IMG/VR virus record: IMGVR_UViG_3300022744_000020
Coordinates: 206,384-270,383 of that record
Strand: one strand, 5' to 3'
Length of the DNA: 64,000 nucleotides
This document shows, one piece after another, positions 29,978 through 38,505 of this stretch (within the stretch, counting starts at the first letter, position 1; every line of letters starts with the position of its first letter). A program made the translations under genes and the position numbers. A model generated the notes under the pieces. That model saw only the letters and a program-made list of their open reading frames with translations. It searched no databases and was not told the DNA's origin.

Positions 29978-30034
29978 TCTCTGGGTGGATGGGGCTTCGG
30001 CCCCTCCTTAATTTTTTCTTGGAAGGAAGATCAA

Positions 30035-30460
30035 ATGCACGACGGAAGTATTCCTAGCTGGAAAAATTTCGGCACAGATAGCGTTCAGCGCCGTCCCTCA
30101 AAACCAACCCAGCCCGATCCACTTTACCCCTTTTGCGAGCCGGTGGAAATGGTCATGACTGAGAACGGACCAAGACAGGCTGAAACGGATTTAATGAAAT
30201 TCAAGCGCACCGGTAACGCCCTCTGCGCGGCAAAGCTTTTGTCCGATCAAATACTTCAGGACCTGAAAAAGCCGGAGATCAAAATTCGTCGAGATTATCT
30301 CGAATGGCTTCTGGCCTATTTAGAGGTTGATTGGGACTCGATCATGGAAAGTAACAACCGAGCTACTCGGAATGTGAATGATTTAATGGAGCGAGCCCAA
30401 GAAAACAAAGAAAACCAAAAGCTCGTGGTGGCCAGACTCGCAACCATTAGAAAAGATTAA
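30035..30460 (+). CDS. Hypothetical protein
   Basis: AAGGA RBS. Confidence 0.7.
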   Translation: MHDGSIPSWKNFGTDSVQRRPSKPTQPDPLYPFCEPVEMVMTENGPRQAETDLMKFKRTGNALCAAKLLSDQILQDLKKPEIKIRRDYLEWLLAYLEVDWDSIMESNNRATRNVNDLMERAQENKENQKLVVARLATIRKD

Positions 30461-30465
30461 GATCC

Positions 30466-30473
30466 TATATCAT
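30466..30473 (+). promoter_or_regulatory. Early promoter core (TATATCAT)
   Basis: Recurring motif. Confidence 0.65.
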
Positions 30474-30518
30474 CGATCTGGATAATCCAAATCCAGATCA
30501 ACCAAACCAACCGCCATC

Positions 30519-31391
30519 ATGACCATTCCTACCGTCTACTCCCAAGCCCGCCCGCAGATCTTTACCGAGGAGGAAATCGCACAGATGACTCCCGTCAATC
30601 AACTCGCTTACGCGCGACTGAAAAGACTCAATCCGGAGGAGGAAGCAGGCTTCTTCCGCTGGAGCGCCGGCTCGTTGGCCTTTGATTCCGATGTGGAGAA
30701 CCATCCCTGCTGGGGCCACATCTACGCCAATCGGATCCGTGAATTATTGGTGGGGCTCAAAGATGAGAATCTCTACGTTGAGGTGTTTGACATGGGGGAG
30801 TTCTGGGTCTACAACCTTCAGCTCAACAACCCTCAGCAATGGAAGATTCTCAATCAGGGGGTCTACCACTTTCAGACGGAATACCAGCAAAGTTTTGGCC
30901 ATGTGTCGTCGGACGCAGATACCATGACGGTGATGTACAAATCCCGACCCATGGGCCCGGTTCCGGATCACAGCATCGATGCCTGGTGGATCTCGGACAG
31001 CTTGTTGACCCGCATGGTCGACTACTGGTCGGCCAAGAAGTATTTCCAGCGGCTGGAAACTCAGCAGCACCGATACGAAGTAGCCCCCATTACCCGGCTC
31101 ATTTTGGAGTCGAGCAACGGAGAAAAGAAACTGGTGGACATTTCCGGGCTTGTCGGCATGTTCCATTACGGGGACGAGGGTTCTGTGAGGCTGGCCTTTC
31201 GGTATTTGGACAACCAGAGAGACACTGGCTTGGAGGTGGGTACCAAGGAAGCCGCTGATCGTTACCAGAAGTTCATTTTGGACGAGTTGGCTGCTCAGGG
31301 GGTTCCCGTTCTGAACAACAAGGCACCGGATCTGAAGGCGTTCTATCCCGCTCAAAACTACCGTCGATCTGCCCCGCTAATCCTCAGATAA
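30519..31391 (+). CDS. Hypothetical protein
   Basis: Long ORF between promoter and terminator. Confidence 0.8.
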   Translation: MTIPTVYSQARPQIFTEEEIAQMTPVNQLAYARLKRLNPEEEAGFFRWSAGSLAFDSDVENHPCWGHIYANRIRELLVGLKDENLYVEVFDMGEFWVYNLQLNNPQQWKILNQGVYHFQTEYQQSFGHVSSDADTMTVMYKSRPMGPVPDHSIDAWWISDSLLTRMVDYWSAKKYFQRLETQQHRYEVAPITRLILESSNGEKKLVDISGLVGMFHYGDEGSVRLAFRYLDNQRDTGLEVGTKEAADRYQKFILDELAAQGVPVLNNKAPDLKAFYPAQNYRRSAPLILR

Positions 31392-31422
31392 GCCTCAAAA
31401 ACTGAAGCTTTAAGACAGCTCA

Positions 31423-31474
31423 ATACTGCCCCTTCCTCAAAAAGGAAGGGGCAGTATGCTTTTCTTTTTCTTTT
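31423..31474 (+). terminator. 15-bp hairpin terminator with CAAAA loop
   Basis: Perfect stem plus T tract. Confidence 0.8.
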
Positions 31475-31521
31475 ATTCTCTGCCGGCAAGTAAATTCTCA
31501 AACTTAACCAGGAGTGCATCC

Positions 31522-32112
31522 ATGCAACCCCTTAAGCAATTGATTTTATTGCTGTGTTTTCTGTTCAGCACCAATGCGTTCAGTCACACACCGCAGTGGA
31601 TAACTCACCAAACTAAAGGCCGAGTAAGTCAATCTCTGGCTGTAAAAATTGTCTCTTTTGTGCATGCCTACTCACTCAAGCGGGATCTAGATCCTGACTT
31701 GGTGTTTCGGTTCATCACGGTGGAGTCAGGGTTTCGATACAATGCATTATCCAAAGCCAACGCTCGTGGATATATGCAAGTAGTACCACAGTACCACCCT
31801 GAAAAAATAAGAGGTCGCAACCTCTTTGATCTCGAAACCAACATTGAAGTTGGGACGGCAGTGTTTCAAGAATATCTACTCAAGTATGGTGACGTTGATA
31901 AAGCCATTCGCGCTTATCAAGGAAATCATCGCAGTGATGTCTACTTGAACAAAATTCGAGCAGTCAAGTTTATTGACTATCCGAATTACTACCCCAACAC
32001 ATCCCTCATTCCTGTCGAGTCGAATGCTGTAGATTTTAATGAACCTACATCATCAATTTGCGACGAGTTAGATCACTACGCTTGCATGCCTGACGAATTG
32101 CGTCGGCCATAA
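31522..32112 (+). CDS. Secreted lytic transglycosylase (SLT)
   Basis: Signal peptide; ITVESGF, GYMQV, NIEVGT, AYQG. Confidence 0.85.
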   Translation: MQPLKQLILLLCFLFSTNAFSHTPQWITHQTKGRVSQSLAVKIVSFVHAYSLKRDLDPDLVFRFITVESGFRYNALSKANARGYMQVVPQYHPEKIRGRNLFDLETNIEVGTAVFQEYLLKYGDVDKAIRAYQGNHRSDVYLNKIRAVKFIDYPNYYPNTSLIPVESNAVDFNEPTSSICDELDHYACMPDELRRP

Positions 32113-32180
32113 GCTTTTGATCTCTGCTCTGACGCAAATGTAAAACTCTTCATGCGCTAAGCGCAGAAAGAAATAGCCCC

Positions 32181-32720
32181 GTGATCAAATCACTCAAATG
32201 GGTCTTGATGACCCTGATTTTAAGTCTTTCGATTCCCTGCTTCCCGATGTCGGTGCAGTGGATTCAGTATGCGTCGTCAAACCGCATCGATCCCATCCGG
32301 GCAGTTTACCTCAAAGACATGATTGCCAGGATCGCCAAAGAGAAAGGCGTGCCGGTAAAGCTGGCGCATCAACTGATCTCTACCGAATCTGCATACATTG
32401 CCCGAGCCAAGCACGGCCCAGCAGTAGGAATGACCCAGGTCATTCCTAGGTTCCATCAAGATCGATTCTTGACTGGAAACTATTACAACGAGGAAAACAA
32501 CGTCCGAGCCGGGTTGGATTATTTGGCAGAGTGTTTGGAAGATGCTCACGGTAATCAGGCGGTCGCTCTGGCTCTGTACAACCGAGGACCGCATCGATAC
32601 GCATACGCCAGCAAAGTCCTTCGGGTGAACTTCAAGATACCAGCTTCATTCCATCGCTCTCAAGCAAAGAAACAATTGTATGCGAGCCGCGACGTGAGTC
32701 GACCACGGAGCAAGGGATAA
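32181..32720 (+). CDS. Secreted lytic transglycosylase (SLT), paralogue of upstream gene
   Basis: Signal peptide; ISTESAY, GMTQV, NVRAGLDYL, LYNRG. Confidence 0.85.
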   Translation: MIKSLKWVLMTLILSLSIPCFPMSVQWIQYASSNRIDPIRAVYLKDMIARIAKEKGVPVKLAHQLISTESAYIARAKHGPAVGMTQVIPRFHQDRFLTGNYYNEENNVRAGLDYLAECLEDAHGNQAVALALYNRGPHRYAYASKVLRVNFKIPASFHRSQAKKQLYASRDVSRPRSKG

Positions 32721-32769
32721 CTCCGATCATCTTGCTCTGACCGCTTGGTATCTCAACCTTGCTAAATCA

Positions 32770-33005
32770 GTGTACTCTTCTGTTATCGAGAGTAATCGTG
32801 ACGGGTGAAGACTGGGCTCGCCGGCCCCTCAAGTCGTGTCCTGTAACCCATGATCTGCTTTGAAATGAGTAGCACGGCAATTGTTCGGGATAGCCCCACC
32901 CAAGCCCAAACGCCATCGAGGTGAATGGACTAAGATAAGTAAACTCAGTGGGGCTCTTACGGTTGTATGCACGCACGCGACAACTCGTGAATTTACAGAG
33001 TGCGC
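32770..33005 (+). ncRNA. Candidate ~235-nt structured ncRNA
   Basis: Closing helix GTGTACTCT/AGAGTGCGC with nested helices, followed by a GAAA hairpin and T run. Confidence 0.55.
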
Positions 33006-33090
33006 AAATAAGAAATTATTTGTTTTGCACATCTGTTGCGTGAAGACGTCGAGTGATGTTCTTCTAGGGTGCACGTTTTGGAGGCGGATC

Positions 33091-33315
33091 ATGGAAAGAT
33101 TCGAGGTATGGATTTCAACATTCTGGGGAATGGGGCAGATCCAGCGTTCTCGACGGGTGTACGTCTGTCAGGCTAAGACTTTTGACGAGGCGTGCTCAAA
33201 ATTTGTCGAAAGATACCCCGAGTACCGAGAAGGTTGGAAGCCAGAGTCGCGACAAATTGGCTGGGATCAAAAGCTTTTCCCTTCCAAGAAAGAAGCAGAC
33301 GCGTACTTGAGATAA
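33091..33315 (+). CDS. Small hypothetical protein
   Basis: GGAGG RBS before ATG 33091. Confidence 0.7.
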   Translation: MERFEVWISTFWGMGQIQRSRRVYVCQAKTFDEACSKFVERYPEYREGWKPESRQIGWDQKLFPSKKEADAYLR

Positions 33316-33325
33316 GGGATTTTCA

Positions 33326-33413
33326 GGGTCCTGTCCCAACACCGGCCTTCTAAGCCGGCGACATAAAACGGTTGGACGGAAGTCAAGAAGTTCGATTCTT
33401 CCAGGACCCCCCA
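33326..33413 (+). tRNA. Atypical tRNA-Arg(UCU)-like RNA, 8/4 fold, no canonical D-arm
   Basis: GGGTCCTG/CAGGACCC acceptor, CCGGC-CTTCTAA-GCCGG anticodon arm, GAAG-TTCGATT-CTTC T arm, encoded CCA. Confidence 0.75.
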
Positions 33414-33422
33414 AGTCACCTG

Positions 33423-33479
33423 TCATACATTCACTCCAGAGTCCAAAAGACTCTGGAGTGAATGTATGATGCTTTTTTT
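33423..33479 (+). terminator. 21-bp hairpin terminator with CAAAA loop
   Basis: Perfect stem plus T tract. Confidence 0.8.
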
Positions 33480-33524
33480 ATGCCGATCTAAAATAGGGTA
33501 CAACCTCCTTGGAGAAATAGAAGC

Positions 33525-33992
33525 ATGCCTGATAACCACACTCAGCTCTGGACCAGTATTCGCCCCGGTCAAAAATGGCATTTCACTTTGCTGGCGATCG
33601 TTCCGAACCATTGGCTATCGAAATCGGGCCCGAGCATAAAGGAGAGAATTCAGCAGAATCCAGAATGCCTGAAAGAGATCCAGCGATTCACTGAAGACGG
33701 AAAAACTCTCTTTCATGGCGGTACCATGTTTGAGCTTAAAGCCACACATGGAGTTCCGCTCGATTTTCTGTTGGATAAAATTGTCAACGAGTTTGGCTTT
33801 GCTGTCAGTTGGATCGATTTCATTGAACAGTCGCGCAAGAATGGGAGATGGGATTTCCAGACCATCAAAGAGATTGATTACGGCCTCAAGGACGCAATGA
33901 TCGATCGACAGTACGCCGAAGGAATTCTGATCCGATGTAAGATCTACATGACACAAGTCGCTCACCCGCTTTTGAAGGAACAAACCAAATGA
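33525..33992 (+). CDS. Alanyl-tRNA synthetase helical-domain-like small protein
   Basis: GGTMFELKATHGVPLDF resembles AlaRS GxxAFxLYDTYGFPxD. Confidence 0.55.
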   Translation: MPDNHTQLWTSIRPGQKWHFTLLAIVPNHWLSKSGPSIKERIQQNPECLKEIQRFTEDGKTLFHGGTMFELKATHGVPLDFLLDKIVNEFGFAVSWIDFIEQSRKNGRWDFQTIKEIDYGLKDAMIDRQYAEGILIRCKIYMTQVAHPLLKEQTK

Positions 33993-34210
33993 AATACAAC
34001 CAACTCAACATTGGTCCAGCTTTTTACTATCCAGACGAATTGGAGCGGTTAGAGGTATCTGTGGAAGTATCCCAACCGAACAAGGGAAAAGTTTGGGTCA
34101 AGGCTCGCCCTTTAAGTTGTTCCAATAACGCTTCCTTCCTGCATCGCCTCAAGATGGCTTGGGAAGTTTTTCGTGGTAAATCCGACGTTCTTCGCTGGAG
34201 AGGTCAATGA
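33989..34210 (+). CDS. Small hypothetical protein
   Basis: WVKARP...RLKMAWEVFRGKSDVLRW; ATGA overlap. Confidence 0.75.
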   Translation: MKYNQLNIGPAFYYPDELERLEVSVEVSQPNKGKVWVKARPLSCSNNASFLHRLKMAWEVFRGKSDVLRWRGQ

Positions 34211-34761
34211 CTCAACCGATTCTTTTCGAGCAAATCCCTACGACTTCAATTAAGGACCTAATAAAGTTCTTTGATGAAAATGAACGGGAGTCTCTTAAGT
34301 CGATAAGTGCTTTTGATTTTGAATCCCAGTTACTTCAGATCTACTGCTTCAAACCTGATGATCCGGTTAATACCTATAGACTTTTCTTTGTTTTAGCTTA
34401 CTACCGCGAGTTTTGTGTGAATCCGGCAGAGTGCCGACCATTCGCAAAACTTCCGAACGGGGAAGTTTGTGAGATCGATGTCTCACTACTGGGGATAAGG
34501 ATTAGGCCAATCACCACCACCCTGAAGTACATGGTCGTGGATCGGGACCAACTTAACGTCCCGAGTAGGTATGGATTGCCCGCTATCGCCTTTGATGAAG
34601 TCGCCTGGTATCTCGGAAGTGGTCCTTTTGATGCAGAAGCAAACCCCACGATAGTTGAGCAGGTTCACACAGCTACAAAAGCTCGACTTCAAAAGTTCCC
34701 AGAAGAAGATTTCTTCGGTAAGGCACCTCACCCAAAAGTAAAGAATCGCAAAAAGTCCTGA
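34207..34761 (+). CDS. Hypothetical protein
   Basis: ATGA overlap. Confidence 0.7.
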   Translation: MTQPILFEQIPTTSIKDLIKFFDENERESLKSISAFDFESQLLQIYCFKPDDPVNTYRLFFVLAYYREFCVNPAECRPFAKLPNGEVCEIDVSLLGIRIRPITTTLKYMVVDRDQLNVPSRYGLPAIAFDEVAWYLGSGPFDAEANPTIVEQVHTATKARLQKFPEEDFFGKAPHPKVKNRKKS

Positions 34762-34764
34762 GCA

Positions 34765-34772
34765 TATATTAC
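34765..34772 (+). promoter_or_regulatory. Early promoter core (TATATTAC)
   Basis: Exact phiKZ early-promoter consensus. Confidence 0.75.
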
Positions 34773-34829
34773 CAAGGACTAAAGTAATCTTTGCTTAGTA
34801 ACGAAACCACAACGATTGGAAAATCGATA

Positions 34830-35291
34830 ATGTCCGATACTGAAAAGCTCGCACTCATTTCCCCGGCACCTTGGCCGTATTTCGGTCTCGTTGACGGTGT
34901 GACTAAATATCAAGAAGACCGAGAGCATAATCCGGAAGCCTTGCTCACAATGAAGATGAACGAGGAAACTCTTTCTGGTATGTTGGGCTATCTGCTCTCC
35001 GTCAAACAGTCTAATCGGGAACTCACGGCCCAGCGACAAGCGGTTGCCAACGAACTCGATTTCGCAAAAGGAGGGGATTTAACCCAACTAGCTTTAGCTG
35101 TTAGAAAACTAAACGGCGACCTCTTTGATAAGCACGGAGAATGGGCGCTCGAAAGAAGGCGAGCTGAAGAACTTCAAGGACAACTGAGTAAAGAGACTGC
35201 CAGAACTAAAGAGCTAGAAGAAAAATGTGCACGACTCGAGAAAATCAACGAGCGGCAACAAATCGCATTGCTTAATTTCTTAGGGGCTTAA
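34830..35291 (+). CDS. Hypothetical coiled-coil protein
   Basis: Heptad-rich. Confidence 0.7.
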   Translation: MSDTEKLALISPAPWPYFGLVDGVTKYQEDREHNPEALLTMKMNEETLSGMLGYLLSVKQSNRELTAQRQAVANELDFAKGGDLTQLALAVRKLNGDLFDKHGEWALERRRAEELQGQLSKETARTKELEEKCARLEKINERQQIALLNFLGA

Positions 35292-35338
35292 GACGACCTA
35301 AACCGTCCAGCTCAACAACCAACGTAGGAGTAACTCCC

Positions 35339-36052
35339 ATGGCATTAGATCTTCAAAATCCCGTCAGCGAAACCCAATTCATCGAGAGTCAGCAAGAAAA
35401 ATACGTCTTGGTCGACGAGGCGGCTCGCACTCAACTCAGCGAGACCATCAAGGCTATCGTCCTGCAAAATAGCAGCGAGTTCAACGCCGTTGTGGCGTGG
35501 TACTGCAAGTGCGTGGAGCAGTTCATGGGGCCGTTTGCCGAATGGCAAAAGCCAACAGTTCACGCCAGTGCCATTGCCTACGGAAACGAAAGCGATACCC
35601 ACTTTCGTTTCGACATCTACCTGGGTTGTCTTTGGAAGAACGTCCGTCAGTTCGAGAACAACCCTGCAGCAACACGCAATCCGATTGCTCCTTTTGGGCT
35701 GGATACGGATCGCAGTTTGCCCATTGTGGATGAGGTGACTCGTCAGTTACTCGCCGCTCTGGCTTCAGAGTTCCTCCTGGTACCGACTTCTCGTGCCAGG
35801 CTCGGTAAATTCGGCTCTTTCAGCGAAGGGTCTCCGGAATGCGTCTATAAGCCAAATGGAAACATGATGGTTGGATTTTCCGTGATCTACAGTGTCACCG
35901 ATTTGGTATGCGTCAATACCCGGATGCGCGGAATGGAAGGTAAGACTCCGTCGGCACTGTACGTGTTTTCTCGCATCTCCCCAAGGGTCATCGATGGGAC
36001 ACTCAAGCTGGCAGTGCAGCGAGTGATGAATATCGACGGCTCGATGATCTGA
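35339..36052 (+). CDS. Hypothetical protein
   Basis: AGGAG RBS. Confidence 0.8.
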   Translation: MALDLQNPVSETQFIESQQEKYVLVDEAARTQLSETIKAIVLQNSSEFNAVVAWYCKCVEQFMGPFAEWQKPTVHASAIAYGNESDTHFRFDIYLGCLWKNVRQFENNPAATRNPIAPFGLDTDRSLPIVDEVTRQLLAALASEFLLVPTSRARLGKFGSFSEGSPECVYKPNGNMMVGFSVIYSVTDLVCVNTRMRGMEGKTPSALYVFSRISPRVIDGTLKLAVQRVMNIDGSMI

Positions 36053-36073
36053 ATCAGGTCAAAAGGAAAAGAA

Positions 36074-36661
36074 ATGGCAATCGACACCATTCCGGAGATG
36101 AAGGACCAATCTCTCGACGTGACAATCGAGGCGAATCGGTTTGCGCGGTACATGGTCTATCTCCAGGACTTATTTGCTTCTCCAAAGGCAGGTAATAAAG
36201 AGCCCGCTGAAGTTACGGTTGTGCTCAATGAAGATCGACCCCGCTACCTGGTAAAGTTTTACTGTCGGTATGCCATATCGAGCTACTTCGGTCTGGATTA
36301 CACAGAGTTCATCGATCGCATCCTGAAGAAGAGAACCTACGTCGAGGCAATGGTGATTCCGGCAGGAGTTACGTCGCGCTGGACGCATTGCGCGGAGATC
36401 ATCGTCGGGATACCCTGTAAGGAATATTACCGTGGCTATTTGACCGGGGTTCTTTTCGGGGAGGACAACCCTCTGGCATTCGTTACCGACGAATTCGAAA
36501 TCAAGAATTATTTCTGGCGATATACTCGGGAAACTTTACTGGAGTGGTCGCTTGAAAACGACCAGAAGTCAAGAGGAGTTCAAGAACAATACCAGCTACA
36601 GTGTGCTTTGGATAATAAATTCCGAGCATTTAAAGATCAACTGATTTCCATCGCCAACTGA
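36074..36661 (+). CDS. Hypothetical protein
   Basis: AAGGA RBS. Confidence 0.75.
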   Translation: MAIDTIPEMKDQSLDVTIEANRFARYMVYLQDLFASPKAGNKEPAEVTVVLNEDRPRYLVKFYCRYAISSYFGLDYTEFIDRILKKRTYVEAMVIPAGVTSRWTHCAEIIVGIPCKEYYRGYLTGVLFGEDNPLAFVTDEFEIKNYFWRYTRETLLEWSLENDQKSRGVQEQYQLQCALDNKFRAFKDQLISIAN

Positions 36662-36668
36662 GAACACC

Positions 36669-36878
36669 ATGGCCAAACTGAGTAAAGAAGCAAAAGAAGC
36701 GTTTCTGGAAGAACTGAACCAACTGACCCGCAAACACGGAATTCACATCTGGGGTTGCGGCTGCTGTGGCGGGCCGGCACTGGTAGGTCTGACCGAAAAG
36801 GAAACCAGCCCCGACCACCGGTATCGTTTTGATGACGCTGAAGAAAGCGACGGACATATCGAGTGGGCGGACAAATGA
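36669..36878 (+). CDS. Small hypothetical protein (GCGCCG motif)
   Basis: Operon ORF. Confidence 0.7.
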   Translation: MAKLSKEAKEAFLEELNQLTRKHGIHIWGCGCCGGPALVGLTEKETSPDHRYRFDDAEESDGHIEWADK

Positions 36879-37156
36879 GTCAGGAGCCTGAAAACCAATT
36901 CAGGCTCTCATTTCACTACTTTGGGGTCAAGCTAGTTTTCACGATAGTTAGATCCCTTACTGGTGAGGTGAGCTGCACTATACGTGCTACTTACAGTGGA
37001 GTAAAAGAGCCTGAAGAGTTCGGGCTCAAATTTACCGATAAAGCGCAAAAAGCAGCGCGTGAAAACTGGCCGCTTTACTTGGAGAAGGCAAAGGCCAATG
37101 AGCTAACCTTCTTCTCCTCTCTTTTCGAAAACTCTCAAGAGGTGACACATGGCTGA
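36875..37156 (+). CDS. Hypothetical protein
   Basis: ATGA overlap. Confidence 0.65.
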   Translation: MSQEPENQFRLSFHYFGVKLVFTIVRSLTGEVSCTIRATYSGVKEPEEFGLKFTDKAQKAARENWPLYLEKAKANELTFFSSLFENSQEVTHG

Positions 37157-37760
37157 TGCTGAAAACAACCAAGAATCAAGCGATCACCCCGCTACGCAAA
37201 CCGGACAATTGGGGGAGTTCTTTATCTACCTCCAACAAGTTCTTGCTCCATCGACTTACCCGGTGATTTTCAGATCTGAGGAAATAGAGGCTGAGCCGGA
37301 ACATACTCAACTCATCTTTACCACGGACTTTCCAGCAAAGTTCGAGGATGTGAGCGAGGACTGGAATTACAACGCAGTTATTCAAAAAATCCTAGGCCGA
37401 AATGCCACCCACCAAAACATCCGGCATGCGCACTATTTCGCCCGAGATTATCCAACTCGGATTTTCTACTGGTGGACCTACGAACGAGAACTCAATATCC
37501 TGGCTCCGAAGATCGTACTCCGGGAACAAACACTCGCCTCTACCCTGTTCCCGGAAATGGAAAATGATGAGCGTGCAAACATCAATCAGGGATACCGAAA
37601 GCAAGTGTTCTTGAAAGCAATCTATTCGATTGCTCAAGCAGTGCGAGAAGAACAGCAAGCGAAAATTTCGGATCTGATTCAAGAACTCTCCGAGCGCCAA
37701 AAGACCAGTCGTGCTTTAGATAAGGATCTGGTGCGTTGGTCAAAAATGGTTGCGATCTAA
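37149..37760 (+). CDS. Hypothetical protein
   Basis: GAGGT RBS. Confidence 0.75.
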   Translation: MADAENNQESSDHPATQTGQLGEFFIYLQQVLAPSTYPVIFRSEEIEAEPEHTQLIFTTDFPAKFEDVSEDWNYNAVIQKILGRNATHQNIRHAHYFARDYPTRIFYWWTYERELNILAPKIVLREQTLASTLFPEMENDERANINQGYRKQVFLKAIYSIAQAVREEQQAKISDLIQELSERQKTSRALDKDLVRWSKMVAI

Positions 37761-37793
37761 ATCCCTTCATTCCAAAATAGAAAGGCCAGCATC

Positions 37794-38036
37794 GTGGGAA
37801 TTGACCATTTTATCCTTTGCAGTAAATGCCAAGAATCGGCACCAACCGTAGGGACTTCAGCGGGATGCTCTGAGCCTCGTTGGATGCCTGACTCTTTGGA
37901 GGTGCTACCCGCGTTCATAATGGCTCATCTTGGCCATCCGATTGAGTTGGTTCATGAATCTGATCCGCGCGCTTACCTGTTTGAGCAATGGGATGATGAA
38001 ACCTTTGAAGCGATGAAAAATAAAATCCGCCCCTAA
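37794..38036 (+). CDS. Small hypothetical protein (CxxC...HxxH)
   Basis: GTG start after AAAGG. Confidence 0.65.
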   Translation: MGIDHFILCSKCQESAPTVGTSAGCSEPRWMPDSLEVLPAFIMAHLGHPIELVHESDPRAYLFEQWDDETFEAMKNKIRP

Positions 38037-38054
38037 ATTACCAGCGACAACGAC

Positions 38055-38480
38055 ATGAAAACACTTGCCACTCCGCTCCCCCTAGATCCTTTCCTGGCTC
38101 AACATGCTTGGTTCCAATCCGTCCAAAGCAAGAAACACTATTTGTTCTGGTGGTGTCCTGCCAACGAATGCTGGTCTTCTGGTCCCGATCTTCCGGCTGC
38201 GAGCGAGATCGGAGATTTCAGCTTTTTCTCCTGCTGTCCCAATCCGGGGTATCTTCCCGCCAAAGACACCCTCGTGATCGAGTACCTGCAATCCATTCGA
38301 TCGATAGTGCCTCCGACTGAACTCCGATATGCACATCGTGCCGAACTCATCAAACTCTTTCGATCTAAACTTGGATTTAGCTTGAGGCAAGCCAAGGATG
38401 AAAGCGAAGCGATCCTGGACCGGCTCTGGATGAGCGATTCGGACACTTACGCCGGTGCCCTACTGAACGCCGTTGGTTAA
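38055..38480 (+). CDS. Hypothetical protein with L7/L12-CTD-like segment
   Basis: RAELIKLFRSKLGFSLRQAKD. Confidence 0.55.
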   Translation: MKTLATPLPLDPFLAQHAWFQSVQSKKHYLFWWCPANECWSSGPDLPAASEIGDFSFFSCCPNPGYLPAKDTLVIEYLQSIRSIVPPTELRYAHRAELIKLFRSKLGFSLRQAKDESEAILDRLWMSDSDTYAGALLNAVG

Positions 38481-38505
38481 ATCACTCACTCCGCAAGGAA
38501 ATTCA

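Noticed and set aside
32881-33090. N-terminal extension of the 33091 gene from TTG 32881
   Set aside because: It would cross a terminator-like hairpin, and ATG 33091 has a GGAGG RBS
33345-33356. Amber-suppressor reading (CTA) of the tRNA-like anticodon loop, implying recoding
   Set aside because: The 7-nt loop CTTCTAA centres on TCT, and long genes in the window show no in-frame stop interruptions
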